Shown: positions 11,147 through 23,682 of the stretch, piece after piece
How positions within the stretch are numbered: position 1 is the first letter of the stretch
Layout of the letters: each line of letters opens with the position of its first letter
From: Callorhinchus milii
Taxonomy: Eukaryota
DNA: 64,000 bases
Direction: 5' to 3'
NCBI RefSeq assembly: GCF_018977255.1
Contig: NW_024704743.1
Location: 59,708,001-59,772,000, forward strand
Notes under the pieces: generated by a model
Seen by the model: the letters and a program-made list of their open reading frames with translations, nothing else
Database searches by the model: none
Told to the model about the DNA's origin: nothing
Made by a program: the position numbers and the translations under genes

Positions 11147-11795
11147 ATTCACTCACCTGTCAACAAAGTGCACAGAAATGTAAATTCCAACTAATCCCAT
11201 TTCCAATGGAGAATAAATACAATTACTTTTTAAAAAGTATGTTTATAGGTATTAAAGTCATTGAATGATTCAGCTCCTTCACGCTGCAGAACCATGGTTC
11301 ATTCTGAAGAATGTGTGCCATTAGCAATTCAAGAGGGTCTATATTATCAAAGAAGTTAAGATTTGATCCATGGAATCTCGATGTGACGTGCCCTGCTCCA
11401 AGGCCAAAGTCATTCCAGCAGGAGATTCATCCAGTTCTCTTTGAGCATTAGCATAATTGGAGGAACTGAACTGAATTTGTCCTGCGTTTCATCCACAAAA
11501 TACAGTCAATCCACTTTACAGTATATCCTGTGAAGCACTCGGAGACGTCTCCATATTTGTACTGAATCACATGCAAAAGAATGGTTTCTTGTCACAAGAC
11601 ATGGACTGTATTGACCCTCTTGTCAGCGTGTAATTGGAAAGTGTAGTTCGAGTTCTTTTCAACTCTGGGTGTCTGACTTGGCTTAAAACTAACAAACCTA
11701 CACTCTGTATCTGCAGCCTGAAAGGCAATGACATTTCACCCAGTGAGCCCCAAACATGAAGAATATTGACCATAAAACATACCAAATGGACTATT

Positions 11796-12085
11796 GTGTC
11801 AGCTTGGCTCAGAGGTAGCTCTCTCACCTCTGAGTCAGAAGCTTGTGGTTTCAAGTTCTACCTCAGGACTTGGAATCACATTGTCTAAGCTGACACTCGA
11901 ATTCAGTGCTGGGGGGAGGGTGTTGCATTGTCGGAGGTCTCGTCCTTTAGATGAGACGTTAAATTGAGGCCCCGTCTGCTTTATCAGGTGGATATTAAAG
12001 ATCCCATGGCACTATTCGAAAAGAGAAGGGGGTTTCTCCTGGTGTCCTGGCCAATAATCCCCAAATAAAATCGATCACTCACTCA
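11796..12085 (+). mobile_element. Deu-domain tRNA-SINE family B (SacSINE1/AmnSINE1-like)
   Basis: Head GTGTCAGCTTGGCTCAG...CTCTGAGTCAGAAG, then the Deu core TTGTCGGAGGT...GATGAGACGTTAAA...GGTGGATATTAAAGATCCCATGGCACTATTCG...GGTGTCCTGGCCAATA. Confidence 0.85.
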
Positions 12086-13049
12086 CTTGTTATTATTATT
12101 AAATTATTGCTTTTGGAGATCAAATTCCCTGCACAATTGCTTGCAACATTTAAGAAACCCTTCCTTTAAATACAGTTTTACATATTCTTCTCAATTTGAC
12201 AATGTTTCTTGAAATCCAGATATATGAATTCTTCCATACTGAGACATCCAGTCAAACCAAACTCACTTTAATATTCTTAAATGTGTATACCTTCTATCTC
12301 ACTTGGAATACTGAGTTGCTCTCTAATCTAATTGAAAGAAAAAAGAATTGTTGCATTTATACAGCAGCTTTCACATCGGAAAGAAATCTCAAAGTGCTTC
12401 AAATGATACATTGTAAGGTGTAGCGATTGTATAGTACAGAATATACTGTAAAGTGAATCTGTGGGCGAATATAAAGTTTACATTTACATAAAGTTTACAC
12501 AGTGCCTTTCACATTAGGACATCTCAAAAACGCTTGATAATAATTTCACTAAGTAAATATCTACCTACTGTGTTGGTCTTTTGAATACCTCTGTTCTCCA
12601 GTCTGTTCATGTTCTCATGATCCTTTGTGTAAAAATACATTAGTATAACTCACTAGTGACCACATAAAATCTCTTTTCTCAGAATGGCATTCAAGGGAAA
12701 TAGCAAATTGACAATAAAGTCATTGTACACATCATGTGCACAATATGACCTATAACACTTGTAATAGATACATACATATCAGACATAAATTTTAAGAAAA
12801 ATGTACATTGAGAACTCTTATTTTTTCCCATGTTAAACTCCTCAGCAGTCCCACAAAGCATTTGGTTTCCAAGGTTGGGAGGAAAGATAGAGAGATGCTG
12901 GGCAGACTGGACCAGTGGAAACGGAAGACACCTGTCAATCAAAATGCCTTTCAGAATGAGTATTGGTATGAATGGTCTTCTTGTAGGGTTCTACTAGACT
13001 GAGCAGAAATAGATAATGCTGCATACTGTGAGAAGCATTCAAAATAGAA

Positions 13050-13240
13050 TTAAAATAATTTGGTCACTCAATCCACGACTGCTTGTGGGACACGGCTGTG
13101 CACAATTGGCTGATGAGTTTCGCCCATACAATATACAGTCAATTCACTTCACAGTATATTCTGTGAAGTGCTTTAAGACGCCTCAAAGACATTACAAGGC
13201 GCAATATCAAATGCAAGAATTTATTATTATTATTGTTATA
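13050..13240 (+). mobile_element. SINE family A 3' fragment
   Basis: TGGTCACTCAATCCACGACTG...ATATCAAATGCAAG followed by (ATT)n. Confidence 0.85.
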
Positions 13241-13259
13241 ATATCAGCCTTTTCGAACT

Positions 13260-13520
13260 GAGTTGAGGAAACATTTTTTCACTCAGAGGGTAGTGAATTT
13301 GTGGAATTCTCTATCCCAGAAGGCTGTGGATGCTCAGTCCTTGAACATATTCAAGACTGAGGTTGACAGATTTCTAAAGGATAAAGGGATTAAGGGATAT
13401 GGGGATGGGGCGGGTAAATGGAATTAGGTTAGAAGATCTGCCATGATCTTATTAAATGATGGGGCAAGCTTGAGGGGCCGAATGGCCTACTCCTGCTCCT
13501 ACTCTTATGGTCTTATGGCT
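13260..13520 (+). mobile_element. CR1 LINE 3' end
   Basis: TTTTTCACTCAGAGGGTAGTGAATTTGTGGAATTCTCT (FFTQRVVNLWNSL) and 3' UTR GAGGGGCCGAATGGCCTACTCCTGCTCCT with CTTATGGT repeats. Confidence 0.9.
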
Positions 13521-15364
13521 CCAAGTATAGGGGGTTTTCTATGAGAGTAACCTTGGAGGATAGAAAATGGGAATTGTTACATTCATATGCCCTTGCTCCA
13601 TTTGAGATATTACCTTCAGAGAATGACTGAAAATATCTGAGGAAATTTGGAATGGCTTACTGTGAAATATGAACCAACAAACACGTTGGATTTTTAGAAA
13701 CATCAAAGGTAGCTTTACAAATGGGGAAGTTCTTTTGTTTCAGATGAACGATTTTGCACCATGGATTATCCAATCTAAGACTCACAATGTTACTGTTGAG
13801 TAGGAATTGAGAGAAAAGCATCAGAGTGTATACAGAAAATCTTCTCACAGATTGTTGTGATAAGCGGAAAAGATTTTACTCTCTAATGCCAAAATCAAGG
13901 AGATGATTGCATGATTTTTAACCCCAGGGTGCTGGAGTACTTCCAGTGTTTAATGAATGAAGTCCAACTACATCGGAGTTTATGCAACAGCTGTCTCTCT
14001 TTGTCTTCAATTATTTGGTAGAAGCTGAACTGTGTAGACAAACCTCATTGTTTATGAAGGAAATAGAAAGGTCACTGCTTTGTACCCCCTTCCCATTTCC
14101 AGCCATTAATCTTCTTTTGAAAACATTCAGCTCAAGACAATCAAAATCTAACATCTTTTATTTTAGTTAGATGGATTATTAAGGTGTAAGTTTTAGTACC
14201 TCAGATATTTACATTATATAGCATAAGGTTTGAGCAGCTTGCCACACAATCTGCCTATAGGCTCTATCATTTTTGGAAAATATTATCCCAATTAATTTTC
14301 TTGCTCCTTGCACTCAGAAATAGGACACAGGTTCATTGCACTGATATAAACATAGGGGCTCATGAAAATACATGGAAATCTTTCCAGCTGTTTTTCTTAT
14401 GAAAGGAACGACTTTGGCCTAACTTGTATAAAATATAATAATGCGAGTCGAATGCATGTACCATTGTTGCCAACTGGCAGAGAGAAAATATCCTAGCAAG
14501 AAGATAAAAGTCCATCCAACAAATCAAGCCACAACATGAGCCAATTTTAAATATGTCTCTATTCAGGACTGCAGTAAGGCAGCCATGTGGACTAATTCCA
14601 GCACCTTTGCAAATCATCCAATAGATACATGGTGTTTGAAAACCCAAGGAGTATTATTCATGGGCCAGAGACAAAGGGTACAAAGTAAAGACATATGATA
14701 ACAGGATAATCACCAAAATAAATACTCTGCCATCAAAGTAAATAGCAGTGAAAATTGTGGTCATCCATTGTTTAATAATAATAGATAATAATCCTTGCAT
14801 TTTGATATAGAGCTTTTTTTACGTCTTCTAGACGTCTCAAAACGCTTCACTGAATATACTGTAAAGTGAATTGACTGCATATTATGCATTATTTACGGGT
14901 TATGGAGGGAGCGGGTGGGCCAGATTAAATGGAGGAAGGGGAGAAAGGGCATTGGATGAAATCAGCCGGCAGGCCTTAGTTGAGCCACCCTGTACATAGA
15001 ATGTACATAGATAATGTGCATAGATAATAACAGGACTGGTAAACTAATTTTTGTTGTTACAAAGTAAATTACTCTTCTCAGGATGAAATAAAAATTGTAA
15101 AATTATTTATACCCTTAATTTATTATTGAATGATTACAAATACTGAGGCTTTCAGCATGGATCAAAGGTGGATGTTTCCCTGATTATATTTTAAGGATTG
15201 TTTCTATGTCCATGTGAGGTTCATCAGAAGTTCATATAGTGGTATAAAAATATATAACTTCAAGAAATTAAAACTCGTTGCTATACTTGCCCTTTTCCCA
15301 TATAGTGTATTTACATAATCGTTAAACTACGGCTGCAGATAATAATAAAATCATAATATTGCTT

Positions 15365-15720
15365 CTACTTTATATAGTGCCTTCAACATCAAGAATATCA
15401 ACGCTTCGGTGTATTTGTAGACAAACCCGGCGGCCAGTTTAAACATAGCCATGTCACATCCAGCCATGAAGTGAAGTGAGTGATTCATTTTATCTGGAGG
15501 ATTGATGGCCAAGACAAACTCTCTTTGAATAGTGCCATGGGATCTTTGACATGCACCAAAGCAGACATGACCTCAGTTTAATGTCTCACCCTAGGAGCAT
15601 ATGGCAAAGCAGTGCTCCCCCACCACTGCATTGAAGTGTCAGACTAAATGACAAGTTCAAAGTCCTGATGTGGGACTTTAGCCCACAATAGAGATCAGAA
15701 TGCTTTCAACAGATTTCAGT
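15365..15720 (-). mobile_element. Deu-domain SINE family B, degenerate
   Basis: Contains the reverse complement of the Deu core (TAGTGCCATGGGATCTTT, GTTTAATGTCTCAC on the plus strand). Confidence 0.75.
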
Positions 15721-15733
15721 TGATATCTAACAT

Positions 15734-16015
15734 ATTATTTTTTGGTCAGCCAGGTGTCTGACACATGTGGAAACCTACCACCATCCTTAAGAGTTTCCAA
15801 ACCAGACTGAGAGCTCCACATATGAATACCGCCTACAATTGGAAATTTCTGTGTTTGGAATGGAATGTGCAGTCTCTCCCTGGAATGATGCACCTGCAAA
15901 CCTAATACTGGAGAGTATTAGGCTAAGTTTGCAGGGAGCCAACGCTTCACAAGACTGTCATTGGGGCACTGCTGGTGTTTAACCAACTAAAACCACATAG
16001 CTCACCATGGCAAAC
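15734..16015. repeat. Unclassified dispersed repeat U, copy 1 (terminal ~280 bp)
   Basis: Starts TTTTTGGTCAGCCAGGTGTCTGACAC. Homologous to 16022-16290, 23265-23430 (inverted) and 44560-44835 (inverted). Confidence 0.8.
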
Positions 16016-16021
16016 TTCCTG

Positions 16022-17080
16022 ATTTTGTTTGGGTCAGCCGGGTTTCTGAAACCCATTGCTCTGCTTAACAATCCAAACCAAACTGAGAATTCCCTGCAGC
16101 CCACCTACACATGAAAAATCCAGAGATAGATTGTTGGAATGGAATGCAACTCTCTCCCTGGAGGGATGCATCCTGCTTACCTAATTCCGTAAAATGTACG
16201 ATGCTGGTTGGCAAGAACCGAGGCTTGGGGACCCCAGTGCGTTGGGGCACTGTTGGAGTCTAACCAGCTAAAACTGCATAGCTTATCATTGAGAGCACTG
16301 CCTGGCAAGCTTTCATGCCGCTTATCCAGCTGGGACTGCCCTGCCTTATGGGATTGACTTTGCAGGGTTAACGAGGGCTGAGTGTGAAGAGTCTCTGCTC
16401 CCAGTGACTGGTCTGCCCTGCCTAGTCCTGCCCATGGGCCAGGCTGGCTGTGCTGTCATTAGCAATGCCCTGAGGACCTGCCTGGCTCAGGAACTGGACA
16501 ACCAAGACCACCGCAGGGAGTTGACATGATTCTGACATTCCATTGTCAATCACCTTTGAACAAGTTCCACTCCAAGGAGACACCCGCCCCCCTATCACCA
16601 GTTCTTCATCTGACCTCGGACAAGCTCAGTTTAATGTCTAGCGTCTACCTAGTTAGGTTTGAGCCCTTACTAAGTGGACGCTAGATACCAGGAACTCCCT
16701 GTGAACTTGCCTTCCCATTGAGCGATGGTTCCACCAGTTGGAGCTTAAGCAGCAGAAGCAGCAGCTGCTTGCCTCTCTGCAGGCCAATCAAGGTGGATTC
16801 CCAGTGCTGGGTGTACGAGCATGCATTCACAAACTCAGACTCGAGATAATGCCTTCCAGCAGCTGTCGCCCCAAGCCTCTGAGTTTCCTATTCAGATATC
16901 TGGTGGACATTGCCGTCAGTGTGATAGGAGAGCCTTTACAGGACAGCTGGTGATGTGTCAGCCACCTCGATGTTCTCAGGGTCCAAGTCCAATGCTGTGA
17001 ACCAGGCTTACTCTGCACCAGCTACTTAATCCAAGTCCCCATGTGGGGGACCTTGGCAAACAGACGTGCCCACTGTGAAA
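16022..17080. repeat. Unclassified dispersed repeat U, copy 2 (~1.05 kb)
   Basis: Colinear with 56625-57685, e.g. GGAGTCTAACCAGCTAAAAC, CCTTCCAGCAGCTGTC and TCGATGTTCTCAnGGTCCAAGTCCAA. Inverted relative to 44385-44835. Confidence 0.85.
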
Positions 17081-17374
17081 ACAGATGTGTCATCCAGTCC
17101 TCTGGTATAATTCCTGAATCTATTGAATTTGAAAATTTATAATAAACGCCTCTACAATTTCTTTCTCTTTTCTAGTAATATCATAATATATTGTTCCCTT
17201 AAGCATGACTGTTAGTGAGCATAAAGCAGTCACTTACATAGGAAAATTGCAAAGCAATTTCAGCCAAGACAACAGGAAATATTTCTTCAGCCAGAGGGTA
17301 ATTAACAACTGGAACAAGTTATTAGGAAATTTGGTTGTGTCCAGGACACTGGACAATGATTAATAAACAGCTTG

Positions 17375-17743
17375 ATAATAATAATCCTTGCATTTGATAT
17401 AGCTCCTTATCGCGTCTTCAAGACATGTGCTTCACAGAATATACTGTAATGTGAATTGATTGTATATTTTTGGGAGAAACACGGCAACTAATTGCGTACA
17501 GCAGTGTCCCACAAATAATCGTGGATTGAGTGACAAGTTATTATTTAATTTTTTTTTAAGGAATTATTACCCCCAGAAAAGCGATCCGCCAATTGACTAA
17601 CAAAGGGGTTCCTACTTACTGCTAGGTAAACAGAGGGGTGTGGAGTAAGGAAACTTGCCTAATGTTTCTACCTGCCTGGGAATCAAACCCAGATCCTCTC
17701 ACTTGCGAGGTGAGTGCTCTAACCACTAAGCTACAGGACTCCA
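17375..17743 (-). mobile_element. SINE family A (long form) inserted in a CR1 3' fragment (~17270-17840, +)
   Basis: Full head-to-tail copy. The flanks join as CR1 ...AAACAGCTTGAT|GC... and continue into GGATGAGATCAAATGGGC. Confidence 0.9.
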
Positions 17744-18685
17744 ATGCTCCATGCTCTAATAGGAAGGTGATAGGGTGGGTATTCTGGAAGGATGAGATCA
17801 AATGGGCTGAAAGGCCTGATTTATCTGAACCTTTTTTGTGAGTTTGAACTTGGGACTTGGTTTCTTTCTGTGCCTAGAATATAAAAATAATTGGAGTATA
17901 CGGCTTTGGGGTGATGATTGTGGCATTTCACAACACATTTGATGTGATAATGTCTTATGAAGCCATCCTGATGTTCAAAATATCGATTTTGTGGGACTAC
18001 CTGCAAATAATCACTCAAATATGGAAAGTTAGGAATTTCCCTAAATGTGACATGGAATGTGATTAGATATCAGTATAAAAAAAATGCCATGAGTATTCTT
18101 AGTTTGTTTGTGATCTTGTTTGATTATCATTGCCTTCTTGCCGTGAGCTCAAAGCAAAGATATTTTGCTGACTCTGTGACCTGGGTTCATGTCAATCAGA
18201 ACAACTAAGAGAGAGCATAAAAATCATCCCAGGCTTGATCTTCTTGGCAGTAACAGAACCAATAAAAACAGTCTGAGAACAAACGTTTTGTACTGAATTC
18301 TTCCCCTTGAGTAACATAATGAAGTTCTGCTCTAGTGATCCATAAAAGTGCTGAAAGAATAATTACTTTAAAGCAAGTAACTCATGGATTATCTTGCTAA
18401 TGGTAAAATCCAAGAACTTAATAAAATCTAATAAAATTTCACAACACAAACATCTGAAAAGCAATCATGCTCATAGCTATTTAATATCCCTTGTGCAGGG
18501 ATTCAGAACTGCAATATATTATGCAGAAACCTTCTTAATAAATTTGACCTTTTTCACTGGTTCATAGACACTGCAAAAATCACTCTAAATGCTTGAAAGT
18601 TTGGAGCCCTCGTGTTTCATGTTGCAATTGCACTGATTTCTAAAATACATTCCCAAAATTATTTAACACTTGGTAAAGCTTTTTT

Positions 18686-19063
18686 ATAATAATAATCCTT
18701 GCAATTATTATAGAGCCTTATCATGTCTTGAGACGTCTCAAAGCGCTTCACAGAATACACCTCAAAGTGAATTGACTGTATATTTTGTGGGCGAAATGCG
18801 ACAACCAATTGCGTATAGTAGTGTCGCACAAACCATCATGGATTGAGGGAACAAATTTTATATTTTAACAACATTTTTAAGGCATTATTACGTGCAGAAA
18901 AACAATCTACTGATGGACTAACAACCTGATTCCAACTTACAGTTAAGTAAACAGAGACATGTGGAGTATGAAAACTTGCCTAAAGTTTAGCCCTGATGGG
19001 AATCAATCCCAGGTCCTGTCGCGTTGCGGGGCGAATGCACTAACCACTAAGTTACAGGACTCC
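18686..19063 (-). mobile_element. SINE family A (long form)
   Basis: Full-length homology to the other family A copies. Confidence 0.9.
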
Positions 19064-22000
19064 TTGTAAATTTGTTTTTACAATTTAAGGATTTATTTCA
19101 GTTGTTTAACTTGTCTTAAAATACTAAACGTATGCACTTGTGTATGATGAGTTTAATGGAACCTAGACACCAGTTTGATGATGCAAATAATAACTCATCA
19201 TGTTATTAACTCAGTCACTCGGTGGCAGATTGGTTACATTTGCTGATAAAATCTATGTGAGATTTTCAAATAAAATATTGCAATACAAGATTACAAATAA
19301 TTTAAGAAAGTTACTTTATATCCCTGGCCATTGACAGTGTGTTATTTTGAAACGACGCTTTGGAGCTCATCCCAAAACTTCTTCTGTATGTGTTTTCTGA
19401 GAGTTTTTGGTGCCATTAGAATAAAATTCATTTTTTATTCATGTTTCTATCGAGCGCAGCAGGATACTTTGCTCTCAGCTCAGTCCCCACAATGTCAAAT
19501 ATTTTTATAATTCCTGGTACAGTATTGCACAGGTACCACAATGTTAAATAACATTTCTCACAACTTTACATAAAATTAATGTTGCTCCTCAGTGCTGTGC
19601 AGTGTAGCACTGTACTGTATATGTTAACATGACTGCCCTCAAGTTTGCATTTCAATAAAACAAAATAATACTAACGCAATTTCCCTTTCAATTAAAAAGA
19701 ATTGCCTTTTCAGACACTCTGCCTTTACAAATCACTCACCTCTGTACTATGGCCAATCAGGGCCTGTCCCTTGGGTACATACACTGGACATGGTCCACAG
19801 TATTTGAAATTCCAGTTGAATGATCTTACTGCTTAAAACTGACAGAAATAATTTAAAAGTTACTGTCTTTTATACTCCAGAAAAACATTCAATACAGAAA
19901 GCAGCCCCTCTGCAACGTGATCACTTGTATATATTTATTTATTTAACATTGCACCTGCACATTGACTGAGAGTTTCAGTTTTCCACTTACCATTCTTTTC
20001 CAGGCAGCTGCCAGAAAGTGTAAGGAAAAACTTGTTTGCAACTTTATCTTCTAAGACTCTTGAGTCTGGACTATTTCTTAAAAAATAACTGTAGAGATTT
20101 GGTTGCACAAGGAATATAATTTTTTTAAACATTTATGGGTTGCTGCAGCCTTTTCAAGTCATTTCTAAACTTAATATACCATTAGAATTTTCTCCAACCG
20201 TACATTCTAGAGGTATAATTTTAGACTTTTCAGATGTCAAACCCTCTTAGGTTGTTGTCTATTATACTGTATTTTTAGTCTTTCGAACCATAACCATTTA
20301 AGGAAATGTCATGCAAAGTAACATACTACTGCATGAGCTAATGGGGACGGAGGCTAATTAAATATCTGTTTGAGTTCATTTGTATTCATTTGACATTTTC
20401 TGCTAATAACATCCTAATTAGGTCACGTGAGCATGCAAACGTTTGACACACTCATTTGATCTTTTCTACCAGCTGAGTTGCAAACACTTTGTGTAAATTA
20501 ATGTGCATTCATTTTTCTCAAATGAGTTCTACGTTCAATGTGTAGGAATAAATCTACCCCCCTCCCTCTGATTCAAACAAACAGCATGCTTGCAGGTTTG
20601 ACCCTTGGTCTGTGCTGAGATAAGCAGTAAGGAAGCTACAATTATTCGCAGCACCTGAGTTTTGGAAGGGAGTAAATGGACAGGTTTGCACTCCTGCTCA
20701 ATATTTAAGGTCAGAGATGTATGTGGATGTTGGCTGAGGACATAATTAGGCTCTGCTGCAATACGTAAGGTCATTTATCTTCTGGTGCTCAGTGACCTGG
20801 ATATATGAATTATGGGCTGGACATTTGAATTATGGGCTGCATGTTGAGTTTACTGTTACATAAAATATTGTTACTGTCCAGCACTGTGGCAAAACATACT
20901 AGTTCATCAGGTATGAAGTACAATATGGATTAATTCATGTGCACTATGCTTACTATCATGAATTTCCAATATTCGCAATTCCCATCAAAGGCAAGGTACT
21001 TTCTCTAAGAAATGGATGGAAAAGCAGCAGGCAACTGGATTAGCAGCTGGATGATGAATCATATTTTAAGACCAGGAGGAGTTCATATTGTCAGCCCTTT
21101 ATCTGAAGAACACTTGGTCTATTCCTTCAACTCTCCTCTCCCCCACTCCCCATTGAAAAAATATAGCAACTATACGGTCGGACTAATGGTTCATTGATCC
21201 GGTGCCTTTTGAATTAAAGTCTTCAGTAATAAAGATAGATTTCTTGACATCTGACAGGTTGAAATGTTTTAACACATTTTCAAGGTGCAGTTGAACAATA
21301 GCTTTTAGATATAAATCTACAAGATGATTTGTAATTTAGATGCAGGAGAGATAACTGTTTCTCAAACTGGGCTAAATCTCAGTTTTGGCACTTGTGTTCC
21401 TCCCATTTCTAAATTGTGGATGTTGACACTTAATCCTCAACAATAAAACTTTTTCTACTCATTTAACTCTTGAGAATATTGGGTTTCCTTTTCAGGTTTC
21501 CATATATGCTGCTAAATTGCTATTTGAATTATCACAAGATTTTTTTGTGTGTTTAGTTATTAATATTATAAACAAAATTGGATATTTTATTGTTTAAAAA
21601 TATTGTTGATGTTATTGTGGTTCACCTTTTTATTAAAATGTGTCCTTTTCAATTTTCATGTGGATCTTTATATTCACTTTTTTGGCTGCTTTTGTGAGGA
21701 TTTAGTTTCCCCTATCTATCTGTCCCTACAACAGTAGAAGAGTGAACAGACTTGGGGCTTCTGCATGATGGTTATGCTATGATGAACAACATATTCAAAA
21801 AGAAAAACTTTGAAATACTATGGGGAAAGAACAGGGCTTGGGACTTGTTGGATAACTCTTTTAAAGAGCCGGCACAGTGATGATCGGCCAAATTCTATGA
21901 ATGAGAACAACAACAAATTACATTTGTATAGCGCCTTTCACGTCGAGATGATGTCCCACCAGGAGGCACACCGCTCAACCACCAGGAGGCGCAAGACAAA

Positions 22001-22244
22001 CAGCCCAATGTCAGATTTTGTCCTTTTGAATAATAGAAATGACAACACTGAGGTGATCATTGCACCTCTGTGGGCGCTTTCTCTTCTGGAGCTAACCTTA
22101 TTCCTTGTTCTTTCTACTTTTGAGGTAACCACTATATTTCCACTCCACCTTCCTTTTGAATATTGTTTCTGTTTATTGTAATTGAGGTAATAAAGTGGTA
22201 CATTATCACAATTATAACTAAATCTATTTCCCTTTGAAAAATAG

Positions 22245-22625
22245 AATTCAGGATCTTTGTGCTGACATTCAAATCCCTCCACCGTCTTGCCCCACCCTAT
22301 CTCTGTGACCTCCACCAACCTTACAGTCCTGCCACCCTCTTCACTCAGCAAACACTAGGCTGCTTCATCTCCCCCTCCCAATCCTCCCCACCATGAGTGG
22401 GTGAGCTTTTAGCCATTCTGCTCCCACTCTCTGCAATGTTATCCTGGAGTCTGTCAGACTCGCTCCCTCCCGTCCGTCAAGGTACATGTCAAAATGTAGC
22501 TCCTTGACTGGGCTTTCAGTCATCTTTCCCCTCCCCAGTCGACCTCACATTCAGCTCCCACTGCAGCTCAGGTGCTCCTGACATAAAAAGCACTGTGTAA
22601 ATGTAAATTGCATTGTATTGTAATT
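22245..22625 (+). mobile_element. L2 LINE 3' fragment, old
   Basis: TTCAGGATCTTTGTGCTGACATTCAAATCCCTCCAC (FKILVLTFKSLH-like) followed by an L2-type tail. Confidence 0.75.
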
Positions 22626-22804
22626 GCATTTTCTTTGACATACAAAGATGATATGTATCACAAAATACAGAAACAATATTAATAACCTCCAAAATGAGGG
22701 GGAGGGAATCTTTAATATTTGAATTCCTTGCCTGCAAGTGTTAGCCTGTATGTTTGAGATGCTGGCCACAAACTGCTGAAACTCACCATTTTATTTAGAG
22801 AATT

Positions 22805-22970
22805 GTTTACCAGGAACCAAGAGAAACTCCTTTTTCTTTTTGATTGGTGCCATTGGATCCTTAACATTCACCTGAACAGGCAGGTGGGACCTCGGTTTAA
22901 CATCTCATCCAAAGGACGGTACCTCCAATAATGCAGCATGTCCCCAACACTGCAGTGGAGTGTCAGCTGA
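22805..22970 (-). mobile_element. Deu-domain SINE family B fragment
   Basis: CCTCGGTTTAACATCTCATCCAAAGGACGGTACCTCC is the reverse complement of the Deu core. Confidence 0.75.
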
Positions 22971-23264
22971 GCCTTCATTCTGAATTTTTAAAAATGATTT
23001 ATTTCTCTGCAGCTGGCGGTTTAAGCAGGTTTAGAATTATCACTTTAAATGGTAATTGATTTTTAATTACTCAGTGCTGAAGAATAATTATTGCTTAATA
23101 TTAGGGATAATGAATGAGAAGTAAAAAGATCTGAGATTTGCCCTAGGCAAAAACAATCACTGGCATGCTCACTCGTTCGCTCGCTCGCTCCCTCTTGTAC
23201 ATATTCTTTTGTATGTTATATATATGACTTATACAAGCCTTGGCGTTTGCCAACCTGCAGTGAA

Positions 23265-23430
23265 TAATTTCTGGAACCAAGTAAGAAGGGTGCATCCTAC
23301 CAGGGAAGAGGGTGCAAACTCCATCTCAGACAAAGTGAAGTTTCTATGTGTTTTTGGAGTATCAGTCTCAGATAATCTTAAGCATGTTGATGGATTTCCG
23401 AAACGTGTCAGACACCTGGCTGACCAAATG
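23265..23430. repeat. Unclassified dispersed repeat U, copy 3 (inverted, terminal ~165 bp)
   Basis: Ends GTGTCAGACACCTGGCTGACCAAA, the reverse complement of the copy 1 terminus. Confidence 0.75.
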
Positions 23431-23633
23431 CAAATTCACATATTTTGATTCAATGTCGATTAATTAGCTCATGAACAATACATTAATACTTTTGATAACT
23501 CTCCTGATATTTTCCAGTTGTTTCTTGAGTTCTCATTTACTTTTGTTTTAAGGGAGAAAGCATTGAAGCAGGTATTTATTTTAACAAAACAAATTCAGAA
23601 CTTTAAGAAAAACAAATACTTTTCACTATCTCT

Positions 23634-23658
23634 NNNNNNNNNNNNNNNNNNNNNNNNN
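23634..23658. other. Assembly gap (25 N) inside a TC-rich microsatellite
   Basis: Run of n flanked by ctatctct motifs. Confidence 0.99.
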
Positions 23659-23682
23659 CGATCTATCTCTCACTATCTCTCG

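Noticed and set aside
10492..11268. Proline/histidine-rich ORFs
   Set aside because: They arise from the C-rich minisatellite and poly-C tracts, with no splice or homology support.
23385..23415. Penelope-type hammerhead ribozyme in the repeat U terminus (CCGAAACGTGTC)
   Set aside because: The CTGANGA core is missing and the GAAAC context is not conserved across the other copies.
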